This document shows positions 1 through 11,510 of a stretch of DNA of 64,000 bases, piece by piece. The notes beneath the pieces are model-generated. The model saw nothing but the letters and a program-made list of their open reading frames with translations, searched no databases and had not been told where the DNA came from. Source of the DNA: Lama glama (Eukaryota). Every line of letters starts with the position of its first letter. Within the stretch, counting starts at the first letter, position 1. The position numbers were made by a program, and so were the translations under genes. Location of the stretch: positions 7,070,001-7,134,000 of the forward strand of contig CM052832.1 of assembly GCA_028534125.1 (NCBI GenBank), in the 5' to 3' direction.

Positions 1-329
1 AGTGGGTGGGGAAGGCAACGAGGGTTACAATCAGGCAAGAGTTTAAACATAAACTCTCCTTCAACTCCCCTGATTCTAGAAGAAAACTAATTTTCTCTGT
101 GATGTGACCAAACTTCATGTATTTTCATGTTCACATTTATCAACAAGACAGCCCTCCAAGAAGAAACATTCTTCCTGAGACTCTTCTTAAGGTCCATCCT
201 CTACTTCATTCATGGATGAAAAACTCCTGGGGACTAGAGACCTTAGTCTGCAGTCCTGGAATGGTTCAAGAAATAGAAAAGCAGAGTCCAGTTGAAAAGC
301 ATGAGTCTGGAGAGCTGTCAACAGAAGCA

Positions 330-1175
330 GGCCATGGAATCACTAGAAGTCTGGCTGGAGAAATCAGAGAGGTGCGGCTCATTCTAGACAGCTGCAAACC
401 CGTGAGAAGACAGAAGCCTGTTCCCGAAGATTCTGCAGTCCTTCCGGAATTCCAGTTCTTTACCAGCACATAGAACAGAAATGGGCGAATGACGTGCCAT
501 GCAGCACTCTACTGCTGGGCCAAGACAAGGGGAATGAGGACAAGAAGGGACATGTTCTTCAAAGGCTCATGGGCCAGAAGGGCTATGATTGGCTCCTGAT
601 AACCACTGTAGGAGTGTAAATAAAGATTCCTGTTGTTCAAAACCCATGTGAAATAAGAGCCCGCCACAGATGGCTTCGAACGCTTTCAGCATTGTTACCT
701 ACAAGACTTCTCCACTCATACAAGCAGTAGCCCCGAGCGGTGACTGGGTCTGAACAAGAGCGGATGGTGAAAGGTCTTGTGCACCTGCAGCCAACTTTAG
801 AGGAGATGGAGGCATGCTTTGCCCTGCGGCACAAGAAGATATAACAAAATAGAACTACACACAAGAACATGGCATCCAACGGGTGAGGTAAATTATGCAG
901 GTGCCCAAAGTTAAACATGTACCCAAAAGATGCCATTAGACAGCGTCAGAAATACCAAATGACTAACACAGACAGGATGCCAGATAAGCAAGAGGCATGC
1001 GGATGTAAGCAAGTCAGGGAAGTTTTCAAGGAGAATGGCTTTGAATTGCGGGCATGAGGGCCACAGTTGAGAGGAAAAGAGAGGCTTTTGAAAAGCTGCA
1101 AGAGTGAATATAGACACCAACATTGGGAAAGAATGAGCAGCTCAGGCAGCCTGGCATGGAGAATCACCATTTGGT
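330..1175 (+). mobile_element. Heavily decayed RTE-clade LINE ORF relic (MamRTE1- or L4/RTE-X-like)
   Basis: Collinear degenerate motifs across frameshifts and stops: EFQFFTST, CE..ARH (647), ERFQHCYLQ (678-704), QL*RRWRH, DRMPDKQ, and HWE...AWRITI (1121-1171). Confidence 0.45.
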
Positions 1176-1687
1176 CACAGTAAGAGAAGATGTCACTACT
1201 GGGTAGATCAGTTGGCCAGACTAAGCAACTCAGACACTGTTCTCTGAGTAATAGGGAATCCTTAAAGATAAACAATGTAAGACAGGCTCTTGGTCTTCCA
1301 AAATTCCTCAAGTGAGTCTAAAATATTCATCATTGCTCCTTGCTCCATTGAGGCCTTGCTTCTCGTCACCATGGAAACGCTATTCAGAGTTGCCCACATC
1401 ACCTGTGGCTTTCACAGATCTTCTTCCTAAGTTACAGGCACTCTTGCAAACTTGAAGAAGTTCCTAGAATTGGAAGAAGTCTAAGAAGTTGCCAAATTCC
1501 TTTTCTCACCCATGCAGAAATGTTTTTTTTCTACAAGACCCTCAAGAGCAAGGTATTCCCCAGGCAGACACAGGTCACCACACGTAGGAGGAACTCAGTG
1601 AAGGTTGGTGAGTGAACAAATGAATTCAGCCATCTCTTAACCTTGGTCATTTGGATCACACTTGCAGGATTGGGCAGCATTTACTCC

Positions 1688-1900
1688 TTAGAAAGTTCCT
1701 TTCCTCTTTGAGTTAAATTCTGTCCCCCTAATCCTACCACCTATGGGCTCTGGTTCTGTCATCCAAAGAGACATAAGAAATCCACTCATCTCCCCATATC
1801 CCTGCTCTCTTAATAACTGGAGACATTTGTGGGGTCTGAGCCTTTTCCTCTCCAAATAAACATCTCCAGATCCTTTGTGGACCTCAAAGGAATCAACTTG
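1688..1900 (-). mobile_element. CR1/L3 LINE 3' fragment
   Basis: ttagaaagttcctttcctctttgagttaaattctgtcccc...ctctggttctgtc resembles the reverse complement of the L3 3' region. Confidence 0.55.
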
Positions 1901-2587
1901 CAATTGTGAATAAGTCTGGATAACCCTGTCTCTCTTTTAATTCACTGAGAAAGATGGATTGCAGAAAGGGTTGAGTTATAGATTCTGGGGGGAGGCTAGA
2001 TCCACGAGTCCCTGCTTCCCTGGGGTGTGTGCTCTGTCCCTGCTGTAGCTGAGGCCACAGAGCCACTTTCCAGTGAGGCTGATCCTTTCTCCACACAAGC
2101 TCTCAAACACCCATGCTATAGGGTTTATGTGACCTGTCATCCTCCCACCGCTCCCATTTCCATCAGCTGGCATTTTCCCAGGAAGCAGCTTTCCCAGCAT
2201 CCCGGGGTGGGCAGACTTTGCCACTCGCCTGTCTCCTCTAAATCACAGCCATTACCATTTAAGCCCACTTCCTCCAGCCCAGTCCCCAGCGCCTCAAGGG
2301 AGCAAAAGCAGCTGGTTCCTCATCCTCCACACCATAATCCTTCAAATCCTCGAAAGCCTTCATTAAATCACAATTCCACCAATGTCACCACACCCCTAAG
2401 CTTCAGGGAATGCTCGGCTACAAACCAACCTTTCACCTCCTAAAGCAAAGGATCAGCGTCAGCATTTCTAGGGAAAACAACACAAAAAAGACCAGAGTTC
2501 ACTGTACTTAATAAACACAAATATGGTTTCTGGAAATTTTTTTTTTATATCCAGTAATACTTTCTGAGTTATATACAAATATATCAT

Positions 2588-2592
2588 ACACA

Positions 2593-2636
<44 letters not shown>
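2588..2636. repeat. (CA)n microsatellite
   Basis: About 24 CA units with one interruption. Confidence 0.95.
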
Positions 2637-2638
<2 letters not shown>

Positions 2639-2959
2639 AATATTCTCCATGCACTGAAATGAAATGTTAAATGTCTTTGTATTGTGGGTTTTGGTTGAAA
2701 GGGTTTGATGATCACAGTTTTCTGCCACCCCAAAGCTGTGCTGTCCCTGGTTAATGTCTGAGCCTGCTAGGCTGTGTGACAAAGAGAGGGGCTCTGAAGG
2801 TAGACACATCTTCTGTCTTACTAACTGAGGCTTCTCTGTGCCTCACTCAGTATCTCCATAAAGTTGGCATCTAATAAGTATTTGCTAAATGAATGAAAAC
2901 CACTCACTGGCTGATTGACCTCTGGGACTCAGTCCCCTCATTTATAAAATGAGTTTCCC

Positions 2960-3531
2960 CTGGAAAACAGCATGGAGATTCCTCAAAAAAACTAAAAATA
3001 GACTTACCATACGATCCAGCAATCTCCCTCCTAGGCATATATCTGCAGGAAACTCTAATTTGAAAAGGTACAGGCACCCCAATGTTCATAGCAGCACTAT
3101 TTACAATAGCCAAGACATGGAAACAGCCTAAGTGTCCATAGACAGAAGACTGGATAAAGAAACTATGGTATGTTTATACAACAGAATACTACTCAGCCAT
3201 AAAAAAGAATAAAATAAGCCATTTGCAGCAACTTGGACCTAGAGATCGTCATTCTAAGTGAAGTAAGCTAGAAAGAGAAGGAAAAATACCATATGATACC
3301 ACTCCTATATGGAATCTAAAGGGCGAAAAGAAAGGACACTATGAGCTCATCGACAAAACAGAAACAGATTAGCAGACACAGTAAAAATATGTTTACTGGG
3401 GAAAGGGGGTGGGAAGGGACAAATTTGGGAGTTTGAGATTTACAAATGTTAGCCACTATATATAAAAATAGATTTTAAAAAATTTTCTGCTGTACAACAC
3501 AGGGAACTATGTTCAATATCTTGAAATAACC
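2960..3531 (+). mobile_element. L1 3' fragment (end of ORF2 plus 3' UTR) with no poly(A)
   Basis: ORF2 C-terminal peptide WKTAWRFLKK, then acagaatactactcagccataaaaaagaat and a G-rich 3' UTR. It sits next to a MIR fragment at ~2910-2955. Confidence 0.92.
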
Positions 3532-5419
3532 CTGAAAGCCCACCCTAAGAATCCACGACCAGCTCTGGGTCACGGAAAATGCTTTTGCAATGACAAAAAC
3601 GGGCTCTGGGAACCTCTCTGTTCCCCCAAATTCACACCGTGCAAATGACCACCTCTGGGTAAGAAATGTAAGGATAAGCTGGTGCTGAAAATGAGCTAAG
3701 GAAAAAAAATCAAGTAAACCCTGCCCAATGTATGTCAGGCTGTGGTTTGTGCGAGATTAATGAAAGCCCCACATGGCATAATTGTGTTTACAGTGAGCTT
3801 ATAGGAGTTTTCCCTCAAGGTAGGGAAAGGGGCTCGGGTTAAACAAATTATTTAGCTTTTCCTGACCTGAACTGGCAACAGGGATAGGGAGCCGTGGCTG
3901 AGGAATGGCCTTCCTAGTTCCAGCCCAGATTATGCTCACCTGGAGTTCCTTTGTAACCAGAGGAAGCCCTTCCATCACGAGGGAGAAGGCAACTCTAGGT
4001 ACTGCCCCAGAAGGTCTACAGCCCCGAACTGTTTCCAGTGGGCAAATTATACCTGGTCCTGTGTGTAAAAGCAGCTCTCAGCTACAAGGCAGTGAGTAAC
4101 TGGTATTACAGGAATAAAAGGTCCTACTTTTTGGATGGAAAAAAAATGAAGCAAGTAAGCCAATTTGATTGCCCAGAAACAGAAAACTGTTATCTTGACC
4201 ACCATCACCCGGCTCCTCTTCTTGAAAACAGAAACACTTCGTGGAGCTGCCTGCCGCCCACACCTACAGGAGGGTAGCACCCTGCAGTTCTGATAAGAAG
4301 AAAACACAAATCCTATCTGCTGGGTCAACACAACAACCAAAAGTCTAGTTTGAATGAATATTGTACTGAATGGATTTGACCGACTACGTGTTGCACGGGC
4401 ATAGTTGACTTTGGTCTGAAAGCAAATTAATTTTAACTTTTCAACTACCGCTTGGGGGAGATAGAGATAATTTTGCCTAGTTTTTATAGTTGATTTTTCT
4501 TCAGTCCATCCATAGCCCATTGCCAGTTTCTTTTTAGTCTCTGAAGATATTTTTAGGTATGAGACTGACTAACAGGATGTATGTAATTTATTGGCAGAAC
4601 TTTTCCGTCAACCTGTCAGTCATCTCTGATTCCAAATTACATGGGCCCAACCCAGATCTGGGATGCTTTCACATTAAATGATTGTGGATCATTTATTTCA
4701 GAAATGATAGGTTGGATAAAATGTGCTTTGCACATGAGAAATGAAATCCCACAGCACATCGAGTTTCCTGTTTCCTTGAGAACCTCCTTTTTCCACTTAG
4801 TCTCTGTTTTAACTTTCCCTTCCTGTCACTTAAAAGTCTTGAGAGGCTCCAAATACAGACCAGGAAAGGCCTCGCCACCCACTCCCTGGCCCCGGGTTGA
4901 GTAAGACCACACTCCTGGAGGGGAGGAAGGAAGTAATTACAGTCACAACTGACATTCTGTATGGCCCTTGGGAGTTCGGCAAGTAATAAGAGAAGGTGTG
5001 ATGACCCACATTTTCATTTTGCAAGTTCTGCTGGATTAGGTGACTTGGCCAAGGTCACACAGACAGGGTGACAATGCTGGCACACGGACACATGCTCTCA
5101 CAGTGTTGCACAGCTTTCTCCCCGCTCTTGGTGGGCCTCCTTGTGGTTTCTTTTACCTGGCATGGCACCTGTACCAGTCAGCCAAATCCCGTATCAGTCC
5201 GGGTTCAGTCCGAGAAGCACAGCCTCTCTGAGTGACATGGAGGAAGTGATACCTTTTGCGGGTAGGTCTTAACCATTGTGGAACTGGGTTATGTGGCTTC
5301 TCTACCAGGTCAGCCCCCAGCATGCCAGCCCATATTTCTGTAAACAAAGCTGGTCTGTAAACAATTAGACAGATTTGGCTTCGTGACTTTTCTTAGGCCA
5401 CTTTGATCACTATTTAGAT

Positions 5420-5990
5420 ATTTATTTATGTAAGCTTTTCATAGAGGTGTAATTTACATACTGGGATTCTTAGGTGATTGATTCTGATAAATGCAGGCGT
5501 TGGTGCACCACGCACCTCTAATGAGGTAGAGTGTACTCCGTTATCCCACAGAGGTCCCTCCCACTCAACACCCACCCCCCACGCATGAGAAATAACCACT
5601 ACTCTGAGTCCCTTGGTGATAGACTCATTTTGCCTATATTAGAGCTCTCTATGTAAGCGGAATCTCATTCGGTATTTAGCCTTTTGTGACGTGGATTCTT
5701 TTGTGTGACGTAACATTTGTTAGACAGTCCACGTTGCTGCGTGTATCGATAGATCATTGCTGAGTGGCAGTCCATCATGTGAACAGACTGCAATTTACCC
5801 ATTCACTTGCTAATAGCCATGTGGTTCTGCTCAACATGAGGCTATAATAACACAGCTACTTAGAACACTTTTGTGCAAGGCATTTTTTGGGGTGGGGGTG
5901 TGTGATTTCGTTTAGGTAAATATTTACGAGTGGAAATACTGAGTCACAGGCCAGGGGTATGTTTATTTTATTAGAAACTGCCAAATCGTT
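5420..5990 (-). mobile_element. Old L1 (L1MC/ME-like) 3' region
   Basis: Typical antisense L1 3' sequence: gaggtgtaatttacata...aataaccactactctgag...gtccacgttgctgcgtgtatc...gaaactgccaaa. Confidence 0.7.
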
Positions 5991-6006
5991 TTTTTTTTAA
6001 GTGAGA

Positions 6007-6245
6007 TGATATGGGCTGAACTGTGTCTCTCCAAAATTCATACATTAAAAATCTTAACCCTCAGTGCTTCGGAATGTGACCGTATTTGGAGAAAGAGTTT
6101 TTAAAGAAGTAATTAAGCTAAAACGAGGTCATTAGAATGGGCCCTAATCCAATGCGTTCGATATCCTTCTAAGAGGAGGAGGTGAGGATGCAGACACACC
6201 CAGAAGCAAGACCTGTGAAGACGCAGGGAGAAGGCGGCTCTCTCA
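6007..6245 (+). mobile_element. MaLR LTR 5' part (MLT1A/B-like)
   Basis: tatgggctgaactgtgtctctccaaaattcata...gaatgtgaccgtatttggaga...gggccctaatccaat. Confidence 0.85.
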
Positions 6246-6267
6246 GCACTAAGGTTGGGAGGTCTCT

Positions 6268-6420
6268 GAGCACCACTTCAATCTCCTTACTGGTCATTGA
6301 TCTGTTCAGAGTTTCTATTTCTTCATGACTCAGGCTTGGTAGGTTGCACAGTTCTAGGAATTCACCCATTCCTCTTAGGTTGTCCAGTTTGTTTCCATAA
6401 AACTGCTCATATACCATAAT
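6268..6420 (-). mobile_element. L1 ORF2 fragment
   Basis: The peptide YEQFYGNKLDNLRGMGEFLELCNLPSLSHEEIETLNRSMTSKEIE matches the L1 ORF2 region YANKLENLEEMDKFL...LNRPIT. Confidence 0.9.
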
Positions 6421-6511
6421 ATTTTGTGTATTCATGACAGGTTTTGCCTTTGTGCCAGAAAATATAATTATAACATCCTATTACAAAAAAACGTAATTAT
6501 AACATCCTATT

Positions 6512-6935
6512 TTAGGCTGATAGCAACTTAACTTTAAAAGTGTATGGAAACTGCATATTTTTATTGCTCCCCCTCACAACTAAGGTTTTTAATGTTATAA
6601 TTTACATCTTTTTTATATTGTGTATCTAATACCAAATTATTGCAGTTAGTCATTTTTATTTTTTTAACTTTTAAACTGGAGTTGTAAGTGACTTATGTAT
6701 CATCATTACAATATTAGAGAATCTGACTTTGACTGTATATCTGCTTTTGCTGATGAATTTTATGCATGTCTATTTTTTTACGATGGTAATTGGCACCCTT
6801 TCATTTCAGCTTGTAGAATGCTCTTCAGCATTTCTGAAAAGGCAGATCTAATGACAAATTCCCTTCATTTTTGTTAGTTTGGGAAAGTCTCTATCTCTCC
6901 TCCATTTGTGAAGAACAGCTCTGGCAGGTAGAGTC
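6512..6935 (-). mobile_element. Old L1 ORF1 C-terminus and inter-ORF fragment
   Basis: ctcttcagcatttctgaaaaggcagatcta...tttgggaaagtctctatctctcctccatttgtgaagaacagct resembles the antisense end of L1 ORF1. Confidence 0.7.
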
Positions 6936-9900
6936 ATGTCCTGAGGACTCTGTATAGAACACAATAGCAGAGATGTCAAGAGGGCGACATTGGACTTCCT
7001 AGCCTTCCGTCCCTTTCACAAGAAGACCAGCTAGCAGCTACCCATAAACAAGACACCAAGGGGCAAATCTCACCTTAGGAGAAGAGATCTGACCTCAATG
7101 GAGCTCCCAGCCAGACCAACATCATTCTCTGCCTTCCCCTGCCTCCCCTAGAACTGAGAAGGAATTTGCTGGAGGCTCACACAGAGAGTTGATGGTAAAA
7201 ATGTATCCACAATCAGTGCAAGATTTCCTCCAGACACCTAGTTCTTCTCTCTCCCAAGACTGAAGCAATTCAGCACACACAGTCACACACACACACACAA
7301 AATTAGCAAGTTACCAACTTTTCCTACTGTTTCAGAGAGAAAGAAAGGTGTCTCTAGCTCACTAGTGCAACACCAGGAGTTTTCAAAGTATGAATTCCTA
7401 CATTTTCATTTACTTACAGTCTAGAACAGACAAGGGGAAAAAAAAGCAGCATACAATAACTCTTAAGTAAATGAAAAAATTAAGTGTAAACAGCTGCTGA
7501 CTGCCTCCATCCCCAACATGTTCACTACCACCATCCTCAACAAAAATTGTGACCTGTTAGATGATAAAGCTTAAAAAGAAGGTATATCTGACCTGCAGGA
7601 TCTTTATCATCTTACTTGAAAGGGATACACATCAAAATCCAGAGATAACCTAAGCCTCATAATTTACGTTCAAGAGTCACTCAGTTCTCTATGTTTTTAA
7701 CATTAAAATTCAAATTCCTTTAAGATGAATTTGAGACCTTTGAGGTTGTGTTTTGTTAAATCAACACACCATATTGATTTGGTCAATTTCGTCCACCAGT
7801 GGGAACGCAAAGCAGTCGAACCACTGGTATCAAATGGCATTGATGCCTCCCCAAAAGTGAAGCAGTCAGCAAAAAAAGGAGAAAGAAAACACCTCCCTTT
7901 GTATCGCTCTCATTACTCTCATTCACTGGACCAGAGAAGCAGTTACTAAGAATCTCAGATGAGTAGAGAAATAATTATTAAAAAATTGAATTCTTGTCTA
8001 CACAATACCAAAACATCTAGTAAGTCTGGTTAAAAAAAAAAATGTTAACCCAGATGTTTGGCACTGCATAGACAAAACATCCAGATGACTGGCTGAACTT
8101 GTGAATAAACTGCTGACATGGGCCAGATGTTCTGGCTTCTTAGGGCTTCGGGGCCTCGGGGTCCCTGGGGACATCGGGAGAAAGCAGATGTCCCCTCTGA
8201 GCCTCCACCACCTGCATGCCTTCCTTGGAAACTGAAGTGGGTGTGTAACAGCGGGGTTGGAATGAAAAACGTCAACAACCTCCTTGGCAAAACCAAGTGA
8301 AGGCTACAAAAAGGACGTAATGTGCTATTTATCTGAAATCCATGTTTTGGGAAGTCACTGAGTCACGTCTATCTTGAGGCATTGTGGTTGCATTTCTAAA
8401 TACTCTCCCCCTTGAGACTTTCTCTTTCAACCCAAGTTCTCGGCCACCCTAACCCAACCCAGGGTGAAGCGGTTTTTTATAGGCAACGGTTAAAGCTGAA
8501 ATCGACAGCTGTCTCTTCGCCCGCATCTTTTTGTCGCTTCACGGCTCCCTTCTTCGTATTTCCTGTTGTGTCTTTCCTTTCCTACAGAGGTGTGCAAAGC
8601 AGGAAAGGGGGAATCAGCATGGAGCCAGGGATGCTTCTGGTACAGCTGAGCGATGGGCAGCCCCGGGCAGAAACGCCCATGGCCAGAGCGGGCAAGGCAA
8701 GCGAAGAGCAGCGGGGGTGGAGGGCGAGGAAGGGACAGGGATGCTGAGGACCGCTCCTCCTGGAGGAGACCCACATGGCTGCCCGCCAGCCAGCAGAGGC
8801 TCCAGTAGCACTTGAGAAGGTATCAGCTGACGGGGTCGGGCAGAGCCACAGAACCTGGAGTCCCCTCCAGCAAATTTGTCCAAAAACGATGCCTTGCAGG
8901 AAACTGAGGGTAGCAGGAAGGGAAGAGTCTCACAAAACACCATGTGATTACTAGGCTCCCTGCTGTATTTAGAAAACAGCTTTGGCTTCCGTCAGAAAGT
9001 TCAGATATGCATTTAATCCCATTACATAATTTTTGTTTTCAGAAAGAGGTCTGTTTTGTTTCTTTAAAAAAAAATCGTTAAAAGATTTCCTTTGTGTCAG
9101 TATTTTCTGGAGCCTCCCTGGGAGACTTTGTGCTGCTCTGTAAAAGAAAACCTATGGTTGCTTCCTTGTCCCTCCTCCAGAGACTTATTAAAACAGTCTT
9201 CCTCCGACTGCCACTGGAGGAGGAGTTCCTGCCTCTCTCATCAGGATGCAATTAATAGAACAAGTGAAGTGATGTGGGAAAGAAAATAGAAAAAAAAAAA
9301 AAAAGTAATTCCCAGCAGCCCTCGTGATGTGCACCCGGCACTTTGCTGGGCTGGAGGAAATCAGGGCAGGGAACTGGAAAGTGCGAAGAAAATCAGCTAC
9401 ACCACCCACCGCCATCCCACCCCAAGACCCACAGGACACACCCCGATTTCACGAATATCAAAAAATGGCAGAGACATAGTAAAACTTAGATACAAAAATA
9501 AAGAGCGTTATTTTCCTCTCTTTGGGTTAAAAAAAAATTCCTTCTCCCATTTCTCACCACCCCCCACCCCCGCCCCGTCCCCTCCTCTCTCAGGGGTTGG
9601 CTTGATTTAAAAAACTATATTTCTGCCCAGGCATTCAAAAATGCTGAGTGCCTCAAGCAAAGTAGTAGAATAAGCATGTTTCTTACTGCTTCTTGGCAAC
9701 TCCGAGGCCTGAGACCTGCTTCTAATTAGGGCTCATGTGGCTTCAGTTTAGTATTATCATGAAAATGAAATTACCACTTTAGAAAAGTCAAGTTCTTTTG
9801 GAAGTGAAAACTGCAGGTCAGAGCCCACCAAAATTCCCCCAAAAATGTGCTTGAGAAACATCTTGTTGAAGGGTCAGGCTGGCCTGGCTGATAAACTTCC

Positions 9901-10399
9901 TGGGGTTTGTGATATGTGTCACTTCTCTGACAGCATCCCTCACCCCTCACTCCTGGCCCTAGGTCAAGTTCATTGTCCTTCTTGAAGAAAAGGCATCTCT
10001 TTGATGGCGGATCCAAACTCACTCGGCTTCTCTAGTCCTCTGATGTCCTTGGACCCGCTGACCTTGACCACTCACCTGGCTGGGACATACTCTACGTAGC
10101 TAGCTCTTTCTCTACTGACGTTTATACTTCCCTCCCCCCAAAAGACTGTAAATTCCTGAGAGCAAGAGCCGTGTCTTTCCTTTTTTTGTAGCTTCATAAA
10201 TTCTCAGAACAGGAAGGGACCTGGTCCAATCGCTTAACTTTAAAGATAAGGCCTCTCAACTAGTTTCTGGCAGACATGCTCCGAGGACCGAGGCCTCTGG
10301 CCACATCCAGGTCAGCCCTGAGCCCACGGAGAACCACCTGACCAGCAGGATGTCCTTCAAAAGTGCTGTAGACCAGACCTGGGAGAACTTGCACAGTGG

Positions 10400-10625
10400 T
10401 TGAGACCCTTGAGATTCAGGAAGACAGAGTTCAAATCCTGGGGCGATCACTAACTAGCTCTTTGACTTAAGACTTTGCTTTACCTACTTTAGCCTTTGTG
10501 GATTCACATGTAAAGCTGGGAAAATGTGGTTTGTTGAGGATTAAAGAAGGTAATACATGTATTTAGTCCATGTGCATATCATTAGGAAGCACTACATAAA
10601 TGGATATTGTTTTATTATCATTATG
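10400..10625 (+). mobile_element. MIR SINE
   Basis: gacagagttcaaatcctggggcgatcactaactagct...gaggattaaa...tattgttttattatcatt. Confidence 0.65.
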
Positions 10626-10859
10626 ATTTGGCATGTTTGCTGGGACCCAAACAGAGGGGTTTCTTTTATGGAAAACTCCACAGTTTGTCATATGAAAACA
10701 TGGGTTTATTTGGAGGAAATGGTCTGTATCGGTTTTTTGGAACCATCTCTGTTATTATGAAATTCCAGGAACTGGAATAAAATAACAAGGAGGTGGGAGA
10801 GAGGGTGAGTAGATTCTTCACAAAAGCAGCTTGAACCAACCGTCCAGGAGGTCACCAAC

Positions 10860-11510
10860 TGGTTGAGCACACCCTGCTTTTCAGGCACCGTGTCTGGTGC
10901 TGTTGGAAATTCGGGCCACGTTAAACATGGGCTCTGTCTTCAAACACACACGTCTAGTTAGAGACGTAGAATTCACGGGAAGAAAACTAACACTCCAGCT
11001 GTGGGTAGTCTATCTCAAGGGGTCTGTGGACCACAAATACTACAGAAGTTCAGAAGAAACAGGGATGGCTTCCAGATGGTGTGGGCAGGGAAAATGTCAC
11101 AGAGAAGGTACAGTTTAAAGGAGGTTTGGAAGAACTGGAAAGACTCAGCTAGGTGGAGATGAGGAAGGAGTGCTTCTTATGCTAAAGGAAGTGTGTGTAA
11201 AGGCTCTGATGGAGGAATTTCAAGGCATGTTTAGAGGCAGTGAAACCAGCCTGGCTGAAGTTAAAGGTACACCTATAGGCTTAGGGAATGCAAGATTAGA
11301 AGACCTGCTTGAACATGTACTGTGAAAAGTTTTGAACACTTTGCTTATTACAGGGCCTTAGTATGACTGTGCCAAGTATGAATCAGCTTAGCATTGTGCA
11401 GTGTGCAACCTAAACTACTGTACTTCATGATTTGGCTAAACTTTTGGACTTTATCCTGCAGGTAGCCATGAGGCACTGAAGATTCTTGAGTCAGATATCA
11501 GGATCTGTTT
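10860..11510 (-). mobile_element. L2 LINE 3' region
   Basis: gttgagcacaccctgc...caggcaccgtg, followed by the purine-rich antisense L2 body (tttggactttatcctgcaggtagccatgaggcactgaag). Confidence 0.6.
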
